DNA of 64,000 bases from a virus (IMGVR_UViG_3300010429_002123); one strand, 5' to 3'; positions 47,730-56,960 are shown, numbered from the stretch's first letter. Numbers and translations: made by a program. Notes: generated by a model from the sequence alone, not told the origin.

Positions 47730-48242
47730 ATGAAAAACCTCAGGGAAGTGAACACCATTTTAGAACAGGATTGTGAAATTCTCGAAAAAGAGATAGTAAA
47801 GGTGATGACCCTCGTGTGTGAAGGAGGTCCAGGCTCTGGGAGAAGACCTTCCGGCCTAGCTCGAAGAACTATTGTTGGAAGAAAAGCAACCACACCAGAC
47901 AGAACCCCCGATGAAACCCTGAACTTATTAAAAGATGGTCATACAGCGAATATAAAAGGTTTTACCAGAGAGCCGAGGTACTCAGAAAAAGACGGTAAGA
48001 AAAGATTTTTTATACCTCAGTACCCTGATACTCTGATGAAAGTAGGAACTGACGCAGGATTTATAACAAAAGACCCCTCGGACACTAAGAAAGGGACAAG
48101 TCGAGGAGGAAGGTATAAGGGCTGGTCTTACTGGGCTCAGCACAAAGATACTTACACAGACATGGACAAAGATGCTGTGGATAAAAAAGTGTTTCTGCTC
48201 AAAAAAGCAATTGACACTGTAACATCGAAAGGAGCAAAATAA
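47730..48242 (+). CDS. E-GGPGSG family protein 3
   Basis: ILEQDCEILE...VCE-GGPGSGRRP. Confidence 0.75.
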   Translation: MKNLREVNTILEQDCEILEKEIVKVMTLVCEGGPGSGRRPSGLARRTIVGRKATTPDRTPDETLNLLKDGHTANIKGFTREPRYSEKDGKKRFFIPQYPDTLMKVGTDAGFITKDPSDTKKGTSRGGRYKGWSYWAQHKDTYTDMDKDAVDKKVFLLKKAIDTVTSKGAK

Positions 48243-49222
48243 TGTTAGCAATGAGGCAGTTAGAAGAAGAGTGCGGGGTTCTCGAAGCCCAGGTAGAAAT
48301 CCTTACCAAACAGTTAGAAGAGGGAGGACCAGGTTCTGGAAGGAAATCTTCTGGAGAAAACGCTTTCACAGGAATACAAAAAAAGTATGGCCTTGACGCC
48401 GATTCTATAAAAAAGGCTCAGGCTTGGAAAAAAGAAAAGAATTCTTCCGAGTCAGACGGCTTGAAACTGATAGCGAAAAGTGCTGCAAAATCAATTCTCG
48501 GACAGGCGAAAGAAAACCAGAAAGAAAAAATCAAACAGCTAAGAGCAGAATTCACCAGAAAAGCTAAAGAGATGCGTAATAAAGCGAAAGAAGAAAGTAT
48601 AGAGGCTCAAATCGAAGAGTTAAAAGAATATATAAGTTATCTTAACTCCGAACTCGCTGAGGGGGGTCCGGGCTCAGGCCGGAGACCTGGGGGAGGCTCA
48701 TCGGGCAAAAGTTCAGGAGGTTCAAAACACGGTTATGGTTGGGACACGGGTTACACCCCCTATGAAAGAAATCCGGTGGGGATAGAAAAACCTAAGTATG
48801 GTTACCATAACCAGGAAAGAAGCCTGCCTAACATGGTTGCCAGACTGTCGAGTTCTCATGGAGAAAAAGTCAATGACATAGATTCCCTTGTGAACCTTGA
48901 CATGAAAAGTCTGAAAAGAGACATTTCTCAGGGCGGGTTCGCTGCGGAAGACAAGGGGAGAGGCCACGGAGAGCACGAAGCAAGGAAAAAGTATTCAAAT
49001 GACCTGAAAAACCTCGTTAGAACCTATGAACAGGACGGGAACAAAGCTGACTTTGTGTCCAGCCTGGAAAGGCTCTCGAAAGAGTATACAAGCACAAAAT
49101 CCCCGCAGTCAAAAGGAACAAGTGCTATGGCCGACTATAAAAACGCTAAAAACAGCACATACGACCAGAGCCTTGCCCAGCACGGGAAAGAAATAGGGTT
49201 ACTTTTAAAGAATTTTAAATAA
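48242..49222 (+). CDS. E-GGPGSG family protein 4 (two modules)
   Basis: LEE-GGPGSGRK and an internal LAE-GGPGSGRRP. Confidence 0.75.
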   Translation: MLAMRQLEEECGVLEAQVEILTKQLEEGGPGSGRKSSGENAFTGIQKKYGLDADSIKKAQAWKKEKNSSESDGLKLIAKSAAKSILGQAKENQKEKIKQLRAEFTRKAKEMRNKAKEESIEAQIEELKEYISYLNSELAEGGPGSGRRPGGGSSGKSSGGSKHGYGWDTGYTPYERNPVGIEKPKYGYHNQERSLPNMVARLSSSHGEKVNDIDSLVNLDMKSLKRDISQGGFAAEDKGRGHGEHEARKKYSNDLKNLVRTYEQDGNKADFVSSLERLSKEYTSTKSPQSKGTSAMADYKNAKNSTYDQSLAQHGKEIGLLLKNFK

Positions 49223-49251
49223 ACTCAAATAATGAGAACAAAGGAGGACGT

Positions 49252-49821
49252 ATGAACAACATACAGAACATTCAAGAAGAAATAGTAGAGATAAATAAAG
49301 AACTTGCCCAACTGGCCGAAGAAATTGGTGTTGCCGTTGAGCAGAGGAGACAGGAATCTATAGAGAGCCTTGAAGAAGAAGTTGTGGTCTTAGAAGACCT
49401 TATAAAAACCCTTGAAGAAGGTGGTCCCGGTTCCGGTAGAAGACCTGGGGGTGGGATAAGAAGGAGAGTAGACTCTGCAACAGCAAAAAATCAGGACTGG
49501 AAAGATAGAATAAAAGACCATGCGATAGACTATGCAAAAAGAGCGTTGGACATGCATTCTACTTCGAACAGCTCAAAAGAAAATAACAGAATTAAACTGG
49601 CAAATGCCTTAGCCAACTTTAGTGCTTTTGACGACGAGATAAAACCCAAGAGCACTCTCAAAAACAAGCATTATGACGCCTATAACGTCCATGCCTCTCA
49701 TCTGGGAGACGCTTTTAAACGGGGAAGTGACTCTAATGACTCTCTGGCAAAAAGCCTAAAAGGCAGACTTGACAAAGAAACCCCAAAAAAAGTTGATTAT
49801 CACGACTTTAATAAATACTAA
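49252..49821 (+). CDS. E-GGPGSG family protein 5
   Basis: SLEEEVVVLE...LEE-GGPGSGRRP. Confidence 0.75.
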   Translation: MNNIQNIQEEIVEINKELAQLAEEIGVAVEQRRQESIESLEEEVVVLEDLIKTLEEGGPGSGRRPGGGIRRRVDSATAKNQDWKDRIKDHAIDYAKRALDMHSTSNSSKENNRIKLANALANFSAFDDEIKPKSTLKNKHYDAYNVHASHLGDAFKRGSDSNDSLAKSLKGRLDKETPKKVDYHDFNKY

Positions 49822-49837
49822 GAAGGGAGAATGAAAA

Positions 49838-50770
49838 ATGTTTGGTTTAGACGACAAACTTTCAGAACTCATTTTAGAACAGGTAGTCTCTGATGTAATC
49901 TTAAAACCCGCAAAGAACTTAAAGAAAAAGGAAGTTCAGCCAGATTCAGAGAAACCGACGGACAAAAAACCCTTAGAAAAGACAAAACTCATAGATAAAA
50001 AATGCGTTGAGGCAAGCATTGTTTCTACTATCGAAGAAGTGCTGAGGGAAGAGGGGATAAACCCCACAAAAACTCTTACCTCGTTCATCCTCACCAGACT
50101 TAAAGAGGAAACTGCTCCCGCTAAATTTATGCGAAAAAGAGCCAAGTCAGCTCTCGAACAGGAGGTAACAAAAACTCTCCCTAAAGATGATACGGTTCAG
50201 AAAATAAGTATAAAACCCGTTCCTTCCGGGAAAGTGCGTGCTCCAGGAGGAGTAAACCAGTATGTGCCCAGAGATACAGAAATGCCTTCTGTTACTGTAG
50301 CTATAATCACGGGAGAGAAACTTGGTAAGAAAAAGATGATTGATAAAAAAGTTGAAGAAAGCCTGAAGCCTTCCCATTTCTCCGGGCAAGCCGGAGTAAG
50401 AAACCCCGGGGCTCTGGCTGCGTATCTCGGAAGAAAAAAGATGGAACGAGAACACGGCACAGAAGAGGGGGCAAAAAAGTTTAAAGAAAAGGTAATGTTT
50501 GGCCAGAAAAGAAGTAAACACGAACAGGACTTCTCTGATAAGCTAGAAGCCGGTGAGCACATAACAACCCCTCCCGGTTTTATTCCCCCGGACAAACGAA
50601 CTCTCTGGATGGACACATGGAACACTGTTTACGACAGACAACTCTCCAAAGGAAAATCAGCCCAGCAGGCAGAAATCGTGGCTTACTCTGTGGCCACTAA
50701 AATGGTTCAGGACAGTCTCCCCGGAAAAGCCTTTAAGGAGGACAGAGAGTGTCTTACCAGAGTAGCTTAA
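49838..50770 (+). CDS. Basic protein with a C-terminal ChaB-like domain
   Basis: P......W...WN..Y.........A...A.SV pattern; VRNPGALAAYLGRKK. Confidence 0.55.
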   Translation: MFGLDDKLSELILEQVVSDVILKPAKNLKKKEVQPDSEKPTDKKPLEKTKLIDKKCVEASIVSTIEEVLREEGINPTKTLTSFILTRLKEETAPAKFMRKRAKSALEQEVTKTLPKDDTVQKISIKPVPSGKVRAPGGVNQYVPRDTEMPSVTVAIITGEKLGKKKMIDKKVEESLKPSHFSGQAGVRNPGALAAYLGRKKMEREHGTEEGAKKFKEKVMFGQKRSKHEQDFSDKLEAGEHITTPPGFIPPDKRTLWMDTWNTVYDRQLSKGKSAQQAEIVAYSVATKMVQDSLPGKAFKEDRECLTRVA

Positions 50771-52224
50771 AACTTCTTCTTTCAAAGAAAAAGTATAATA
50801 ACTTAAAAGAAAGTGGTTCTCCCGGTATGCAGTGGGGCTTTACAAAAGGCCAGCCGAACGGCGGGAGAACCGCTAAAAAGCCGGAACCTGAAGAGTATAA
50901 AAGTAACGTCATAGACAGCGTGCCTTTAGAGTATAAGGCCGTTATGGACGACCTAGTGAAAGCGGGGCATAAATCTTATTTTGTAGGGGGAGCGGTTCGG
51001 GATACCATTTTAGGAAAACCTCCAAAAGACTGGGACATCACAACAAGTGCTCCCGTTGAAGAAAGTGTTAAAGTCCTTGAGAACCTCGGAACCGTCTTAG
51101 GAATTGGCCAGCAGTACGGAATAGCTATAGGGACAATAAACGGAAAACAAATAGAGGTGGCCTCGTTTAGAAAAGACCTGGGTTACTCAGACAAAAGAAG
51201 ACCGGACGAAGTGATAACCCGGGGGGTCTCCGAAGAAGAAGACGTCCAAAGAAGAGACTTCACCATGAATGGTCTCCTTATGGACTTAAGGGGGAATATA
51301 AAAGACTATGTCGGAGGTATAGACGACCTGAGTAAGAAAATTATTCGCTTCATAGGAGACCCTGATGCCAGAGTAGCTGAGGATAGTATAAGAATGCTCC
51401 GAGCAGTAAGGTTTGCAACACGTTTTGACTTTAATATAGACGAAGACTCCCTGGAAGCCATAAGAAGAAACAGGCAGGACATCTATAATACCTCCTACGA
51501 GCGTATCAGAGACGAACTGGACAAATCTTTCGGTAAAAACCCTCAAAAGGCTGTGGAACTCTTACAGCAGACCGGCTTAGACAAAACTCTCTTCGGAGAA
51601 CTAAACCCTAAAGATTTCCCGAAAACTGTAGAGTCAACTGCCATAGTCTGGGGGAGTTTACTTTCAGATAAAGGGCTGGAGACTTACAAACTTCCTGTGG
51701 GCGTAAAAAAGACTGTCAGCACTATTAAAAAGCTGGGGGAGGACTACGAGAACGTCTCCGATGACCCTATAGAGCGGAAAAAATTAAAAATAGCCATAGA
51801 GAAAGTGTTACCCGTAGAAGAATTTGATAAGTTTTTAAAAATGGCTGGTAAAGAGCAGAAATTTAATTTAAAATCTATAAAAGTCCCTGAGGATACTACT
51901 CCTCTGGTTCAAGGAAAAGACCTTATGAATCTGGGAAAGAAACCCGGAAAGAACTTTTCTGACCTATTAAACAAAGGGTATAGTATGCAACTTCAGGGAA
52001 AAAGTAAAGAAGAAATTTTGAACATACTAAGGAATGAAGGTGTGGGTTACTCTACACTTCTAAAAATAGAAAACCTGTTAGATAAGCGGGAGTGGCTCAA
52101 TGAGACCTTAAAGACTGGCACACAAAGAGGTTATTCCCGGCTTTATGCAGACACCTTGATACAGGAATGTGAAATGCTTGACCTTTACGCAGGGGTAGTA
52201 ATGACTCAGTTACTGAGAAGGTAA
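50749..52224 (+). CDS. cca: Class II tRNA nucleotidyltransferase (CCA-adding enzyme) with N- and C-terminal extensions
   Basis: GGAVRD..LG..PKDWDI, EVASFR.D..YSDKRRP, RRDFTMN, EDSIRMLRAVRF, ERIRDEL. Confidence 0.9.
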   Translation: MSYQSSLKLLLSKKKYNNLKESGSPGMQWGFTKGQPNGGRTAKKPEPEEYKSNVIDSVPLEYKAVMDDLVKAGHKSYFVGGAVRDTILGKPPKDWDITTSAPVEESVKVLENLGTVLGIGQQYGIAIGTINGKQIEVASFRKDLGYSDKRRPDEVITRGVSEEEDVQRRDFTMNGLLMDLRGNIKDYVGGIDDLSKKIIRFIGDPDARVAEDSIRMLRAVRFATRFDFNIDEDSLEAIRRNRQDIYNTSYERIRDELDKSFGKNPQKAVELLQQTGLDKTLFGELNPKDFPKTVESTAIVWGSLLSDKGLETYKLPVGVKKTVSTIKKLGEDYENVSDDPIERKKLKIAIEKVLPVEEFDKFLKMAGKEQKFNLKSIKVPEDTTPLVQGKDLMNLGKKPGKNFSDLLNKGYSMQLQGKSKEEILNILRNEGVGYSTLLKIENLLDKREWLNETLKTGTQRGYSRLYADTLIQECEMLDLYAGVVMTQLLRR

Positions 52225-52277
52225 AGATTCGAGACGCTATGTAAGAAAATAGTAAGTACAAAAGGAGGAAAAGACGA

Positions 52278-52850
52278 ATGAAAAGGCTGAACACAGAAAT
52301 AAGAAAACTGGAAAGAGAATGTGACTTCTTAGAGGGGCAGGTTGCCGAAGTTATGCAGTATTTATGGGAAGGTGGACCAGGTTCCGGGAGAAAACCGGGA
52401 GGACATGGCTATGGTCATGATTCAGCAGGAACACCTAAGTATGGTTTCCACAACCCGGAGCGTAATCTCCCAAACGCTCTTGCTATAGCTTCTAACCGGT
52501 TGGGCTACCTTGTCAACGGGGCTGACAAAGACTATGAAAAAGAAAAAACAGCCATAAAAACTGGTAAGTCCTCGGACTATTACAAAGGATTCGTGCATGG
52601 GGAGCACAAGGGAATGAGACAATTCACAAATGACCTGAAGGGTCTTGTTCAAGATTACGAGAAGAACGGAGATGAGAAGGGTTTAAGAGACAAAGCTCAC
52701 GCCCTTGCTAAAACCTATGATGACACTCCTGAGTTCTCTTCACCCGGAAAATCTGGCTTAGACGATTATAAAAATGAAAAAGGAAAAGGGTATAAAAGCC
52801 AGTTAAGAGCTCACAGTGATGAATTGAAAGGTATTTTAAAACGCTTTTAA
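52278..52850 (+). CDS. E-GGPGSG family protein 6 (paralogue of module 2 of 48242)
   Basis: KLERECDFLE...LWE-GGPGSGRKP; HGYG.D, PKYG.HN.ER.LPN, NDLK.LV..YE..G shared with 48242. Confidence 0.78.
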   Translation: MKRLNTEIRKLERECDFLEGQVAEVMQYLWEGGPGSGRKPGGHGYGHDSAGTPKYGFHNPERNLPNALAIASNRLGYLVNGADKDYEKEKTAIKTGKSSDYYKGFVHGEHKGMRQFTNDLKGLVQDYEKNGDEKGLRDKAHALAKTYDDTPEFSSPGKSGLDDYKNEKGKGYKSQLRAHSDELKGILKRF

Positions 52851-52862
52851 GTCCGTAAAACA

Positions 52863-52892
52863 AAAAGGGACTGGTTTTAACCAGTCCCTTTT
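52863..52892. terminator. Bidirectional rho-independent terminator
   Basis: aaaagggactggtt-tt-aaccagtccctttt between convergent genes. Confidence 0.85.
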
Positions 52893-52901
52893 CATTTGAT
52901 T

Positions 52902-53171
52902 TTACCACCGGAAAGACTCAGCCGGGTCATATTCGAACACTTCATCAAACTGAGCCTTGTGACTCATTCCGTCTTCAAAGTCACAGTCCATATTTTCACA
53001 TATGTCGAGGATTTCTTCTATTGAAGAGTCAGTCATATCGTTACAGAGGATTTCTCTGATAATGTCTTCCTCGAAGTCCCAACCGTTTTCTTGGACGTGT
53101 TTTTCTGCCTGCTCGATTTCCTCGATGGTGAATGCATTCTTTATCATTTCATTTATAAATTCCTGTGTCAT
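52902..53171 (-). CDS. Small, highly acidic protein (candidate DNA mimic/anti-defence protein)
   Basis: About 27 D/E versus 5 K/R in 89 aa; own RBS (aaggagg), promoter and terminator. Confidence 0.75.
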   Translation of the reverse strand: MTQEFINEMIKNAFTIEEIEQAEKHVQENGWDFEEDIIREILCNDMTDSSIEEILDICENMDCDFEDGMSHKAQFDEVFEYDPAESFRW

Positions 53172-53229
53172 GTTGTTTTCCTCCTTTTATTGAGGTCTTT
53201 GGCCTGCCTGACCTCTTTCTCACATTCTT

Positions 53230-53258
53230 ATAATAGCATAACTTAATATACTTGTCAA
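53230..53258 (-). promoter_or_regulatory. Strong sigma70-type early promoter
   Basis: Reverse strand TTGACA-17-TATTAT with TG extension. Confidence 0.8.
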
Positions 53259-53325
53259 TACTTTTTGTAAAAATAAGTTAACTATTTTTTAGGGAAAAGA
53301 AGTTAGCTATTTTTTACAAAAAGGC

Positions 53326-53354
53326 TTGACAAGTAAAACATCTTGTGCTACACT
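53326..53354 (+). promoter_or_regulatory. sigma70-type early promoter (divergent from the previous one)
   Basis: TTGACA-17-TACACT with TG extension. Confidence 0.75.
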
Positions 53355-53475
53355 TTACAGAGTGAAAGAACCGTGAAAAAGACTCCTGTCAGTAAAAGGA
53401 GAAAGTTTACCGACACAAAAAGGAGTTTTGTTAGCACAAGAAGGATTTTTGTTAACACAAAAAGGAGGAAGAGAA

Positions 53476-55293
53476 ATGGTAGCAACTATAAAAGAAAACA
53501 TGCCTGCAACCCTCAGAAAGATTAGAAAAGGACTGGTATTTGACCCGGACAGTGTCTGGAAAGAACTCTTTCAAAACGCCTTCAGGGCTCTTGCAAAAAC
53601 TATAGAGATAGACCTCGAGGCTGATTCTATAACAATGATAGATGACGGTGTAGGTTTGGATAACCCTGAAGTTCTTTTTGAAAAGTCCACTTCAGGGTGG
53701 ACAACTGACGTGTGTAATCCCTACGGAGAAGGTCTCTTTGCTGTGTTTTCAGTAGCAGAGGAGATAGTTATACAGTCTAAAGACTGGTTTGTTCACATAG
53801 ACGTAGAGGAGATTCTCCTGGACGAAAGTCTGAGATACAGTATAGAAAAATCAGAAGAGTTCATAAACGGGTTTAAAATAACTCTTCGAGGAGAAGAAAT
53901 ACGAAAAAACTGGACTTCTATTTATACAGAGGTAGAGACACTGGGTGCCGTGTGTAAGCAGGAGGTATTCTTAAATAAACTTCCCATAGCAAAAAAAGAC
54001 CTGTTTGCTCTTCCTAAAGCAGACTTTGTTTACAAAGTAGAAAACTCTTCTTTTCGAGGAAACCTTGCTCCAGAAAGAGGCTGGGAAGATATACACGTTT
54101 ATTTTGAAAACCGATTTGTCTGTGAATGCTGGGTTGGAGGTCTTTCTGGAGTGATAGAACTTGTCAACGGAAATGTCGTAGACTTAAAAGCCCCAGACAG
54201 AAAGGCCATTATTCAAAATGATAAATACTGGACATTCATGGACCTTTTAAAAGAAGAAAAAGAAAAAATGTACAGGGCTTTTGTCGTAGCCAGACCGGAC
54301 TTGTTACATTTATACTCAGAAAAGATAGCTACTACCCTCAAGGTAAAAGATTATGTAAGGCATTTGACTTTTGAGGAGGAAGTTTTTAATACCAAAAAAC
54401 TCTTAACGGGTATAGAAGACCTTTTTCAACAAATGACTGACCTTACCTCTGAACAGGTAGAAAGAAGAGTAGAAAAAGCTAAAGTCGAGAAGATGGAGAC
54501 AATAGAAGAGCCCCAAAAACTTCTGGATAACTGCTATTCTGAAAACAGAGAAGAAGAAGACTACTCTCACGTAGTGCCTCTCGTGGTGTCCGAAGAAGAG
54601 AGAAAGGAAAAAGAAATTGAAAAGAAAAAGATGGAAAAAAGAAAAAGTGCGACAGTATTAAAGAGAATAAAAAAGAACCCGCAAAAAAAGATATTTGTAA
54701 AGGCTTCCGAAGCCACAGAGTATAAGGCTATGATAGCTGAATTAGAGTATTACGGGTATACAGTGTTAGTAGCCCAAAATGAACTTTATGCCTGTGCCTT
54801 TGAGGAGTTTGGTATAACTAGCATAAAATCTGTTGGGAAAGAAATAGAAAAAGCCAATAAAGTAACCGACGTAGCTGTAAAAAACCATAAGGAAAGAAGA
54901 ATTATCTATCTCTTGTCTTTTATTGAAGATTATTATAAAATAGGAGATGTATTCAGGATAGGTAAACTTGAACTTGAAATAAGAACGACTATCCTGGGAA
55001 AAACCAATATAGAAAAACAAAAAGTGCTGGGTCTGTGCGATAAAGGTAAAATTTATCTGGACAGAACTGGATTAGAGTATATAGAAAGAACCGATGGTTC
55101 GACTTATGGTTACAGAAACGTTGAGTATGTAGGACTTTCTTTAGATGACTGGAAATACATACCTTTTTTACTCCAGACAGTATCCCATGAACTGGCACAC
55201 TTACTGAAGAACACTAAGGATAATACAGTTGAGCATTTTAAAGCGGAAAACCAGATAAGAGAAGAGTTATTAAGAATGTTTAAAAGGAGGTAG
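53476..55293 (+). CDS. GHKL (Hsp90/MutL/MORC-like) ATPase fused to a C-terminal HExxH domain
   Basis: ELFQNA.RA, DDGVG, YGEG; C-terminal TVSHELAH......H; ATG after aaggagg. Confidence 0.8.
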   Translation: MVATIKENMPATLRKIRKGLVFDPDSVWKELFQNAFRALAKTIEIDLEADSITMIDDGVGLDNPEVLFEKSTSGWTTDVCNPYGEGLFAVFSVAEEIVIQSKDWFVHIDVEEILLDESLRYSIEKSEEFINGFKITLRGEEIRKNWTSIYTEVETLGAVCKQEVFLNKLPIAKKDLFALPKADFVYKVENSSFRGNLAPERGWEDIHVYFENRFVCECWVGGLSGVIELVNGNVVDLKAPDRKAIIQNDKYWTFMDLLKEEKEKMYRAFVVARPDLLHLYSEKIATTLKVKDYVRHLTFEEEVFNTKKLLTGIEDLFQQMTDLTSEQVERRVEKAKVEKMETIEEPQKLLDNCYSENREEEDYSHVVPLVVSEEERKEKEIEKKKMEKRKSATVLKRIKKNPQKKIFVKASEATEYKAMIAELEYYGYTVLVAQNELYACAFEEFGITSIKSVGKEIEKANKVTDVAVKNHKERRIIYLLSFIEDYYKIGDVFRIGKLELEIRTTILGKTNIEKQKVLGLCDKGKIYLDRTGLEYIERTDGSTYGYRNVEYVGLSLDDWKYIPFLLQTVSHELAHLLKNTKDNTVEHFKAENQIREELLRMFKRR

Positions 55294-55298
55294 CTCGA

Positions 55299-55739
55299 AT
55301 GCTGGGAAAGTTTAAGAAAAAGATATATGACGCCAGAATACGTTTCGGAGACGAAAGTTACTTCATCATAGATACGTTAAAGGAACCTATAAATATAGAG
55401 GGTATTTTTCCTCAGACGGGTGAGAAACTGGGAACTTATCTAATAAGGCTAAAAGAGGTTTCGAACGCTTTGGAACTCAGACTGGCTCGCAAAATATCGA
55501 GTGCGGAACCTTTTATGATAGCTTCTGAAGAGTTCTCTTCTCTTTTAAATTACAGAGTTTTCACCAGACTGATGATAAGAGCTAAAGACATGACCTCCTT
55601 AAGGTGTGCAAATGACTTGACTTTTCATGGTATTTCGAAAAGTCATTTCAAATTAAGGGACACTTACTTTAAAATAGGTTTAGAAGTAGAAATAGTAGGA
55701 AGAGCCCCGGATGAAAAAGATGTATGTGTTTACTTTTAA
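55299..55739 (+). CDS. Hypothetical protein
   Basis: RBS aggagg; in operon. Confidence 0.6.
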   Translation: MLGKFKKKIYDARIRFGDESYFIIDTLKEPINIEGIFPQTGEKLGTYLIRLKEVSNALELRLARKISSAEPFMIASEEFSSLLNYRVFTRLMIRAKDMTSLRCANDLTFHGISKSHFKLRDTYFKIGLEVEIVGRAPDEKDVCVYF

Positions 55740-55770
55740 GTAGAAAAATTAGAGAGGAGAAAGAGCCGAT

Positions 55771-56076
55771 ATGAACAGTCCGTATAACGAAGAAGGTTAC
55801 CAGAAGCAGTTCTTAAAAGCCTGTGAAAGATTACCGAAACAGATTCCTTTTCTTCATGAAGAGAGAGAAGGAGGTTATTTCTACTTAGCGTTCTTACTTC
55901 CCTTTTTCCCGCAGCCTTTGGAGGAGACCCGCATGCAGTTAATAAGAGAGCTGGCACAAATGATGCAGGAACTGGAAGAAAAGGACGAAATAGACCTTGA
56001 GGAGTTGGAGGTGCTGAAGGGAATAAAAACTCCTATTGCTTCGGAAGGGTATTCTGTGGCTTTTTCTATGAGTTAG
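55771..56076 (+). CDS. Hypothetical protein
   Basis: RBS gagg; in operon. Confidence 0.55.
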   Translation: MNSPYNEEGYQKQFLKACERLPKQIPFLHEEREGGYFYLAFLLPFFPQPLEETRMQLIRELAQMMQELEEKDEIDLEELEVLKGIKTPIASEGYSVAFSMS

Positions 56077-56123
56077 AGTCTTTTTAGAACTAAAAATTTT
56101 TGTTAATGAAAAGGAGAAAACTT

Positions 56124-56426
56124 ATGAAGTGCTTAAGTCTTTACTCGGAATACATAGAGGAGATACTTTCCGGTGAAAAAACGGAGGAATATCGCAGTTG
56201 GAAAATATCCTGCCCACAGGACATATTGTTGGTAGGTAGCAAGTCCCCCCGTGGGAAATACTCCGGGTTAGGTGCCTGTATTGTGCACGTATCAAGGATA
56301 GAAGGACAAAAACCTAATTACGATTGGATTTTGGAAAACGTACGACCTGTGGAGCCTTTTCCAGTAAAGGGAAAGCTCGGCCTGTATGAAATACCCGATA
56401 ATCTTATTCGTCTATTAAAAGACTAG
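56124..56426 (+). CDS. ASCH domain protein
   Basis: LSL...Y...IL.GEKT.EYRSW......L....W.L..VRP..P.PVKGKLGL. Confidence 0.85.
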   Translation: MKCLSLYSEYIEEILSGEKTEEYRSWKISCPQDILLVGSKSPRGKYSGLGACIVHVSRIEGQKPNYDWILENVRPVEPFPVKGKLGLYEIPDNLIRLLKD

Positions 56427-56455
56427 TTTACACAGAAAGCGAAATATGATAAAAT
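56427..56455 (+). promoter_or_regulatory. Promoter for the Gly-Gly-tail cluster, followed by a 5'-UTR hairpin at 56474..56494
   Basis: TTTACA-17-TAAAAT with TG extension; agactacc-tataa-ggtggtct. Confidence 0.6.
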
Positions 56456-56525
56456 AAAGGAAACTGACCCGATAGACTACCTATAAGGTGGTCTTTCCTA
56501 TTTTAAAAAGAAAGGAATTGATAGA

Positions 56526-56960
56526 ATGGCTGAACTTAAGTATACTACGAAGAAAACCCCTGAGCAGTTAGAAAAAGAACAAAAAGTATTTGCGAAAAAG
56601 TATCCGTATGGGGAAATTTTAAAAGACTATCACAGACTCCAGAGGTCACTGAAGCCGAGCGAAAGAGATTACTTAAAAGACACAAGAGATGCCCTGAAAC
56701 CTCTCGCCTCTTCAAATAACAGGGAGGAAGTAGCCTCCGCTCTCGCCGCAACCACAGGGGCTGCAGCCTGGCTGAAAAGACGCATGGACGAAGCCGATGG
56801 AAAAACCGTTACCCCCGCTTCATGGGACAGGGTGGCCGAAGAAACAGAAAAGCTGACAAAATCTCTGCTGGCCGGAAACCGAGACATAGAAAGTATGAGA
56901 GACGAACTCAAGTGGAGACTGAAAACAGCATGGCATAAAGGTGGACTCGTAGGGAGCTAA
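56526..56960 (+). CDS. Small basic protein ending GGLVGS
   Basis: RBS aaagga; Gly-rich C-terminus. Confidence 0.7.
   Translation: MAELKYTTKKTPEQLEKEQKVFAKKYPYGEILKDYHRLQRSLKPSERDYLKDTRDALKPLASSNNREEVASALAATTGAAAWLKRRMDEADGKTVTPASWDRVAEETEKLTKSLLAGNRDIESMRDELKWRLKTAWHKGGLVGS

Noticed and set aside
46850-52388. GGPGSG copies as a DNA repeat array (CRISPR-like or recombination sites)
   Set aside because: Synonymous codons differ between copies and the spacing follows gene boundaries.
46466-52850. Reading the E-GG leaders as double-glycine bacteriocin/RiPP leaders
   Set aside because: The residue after GG is always Pro, conservation extends past GG (PGSGR), the cargoes are large basic domains, and no C39 peptidase/ABC exporter is present in the window.
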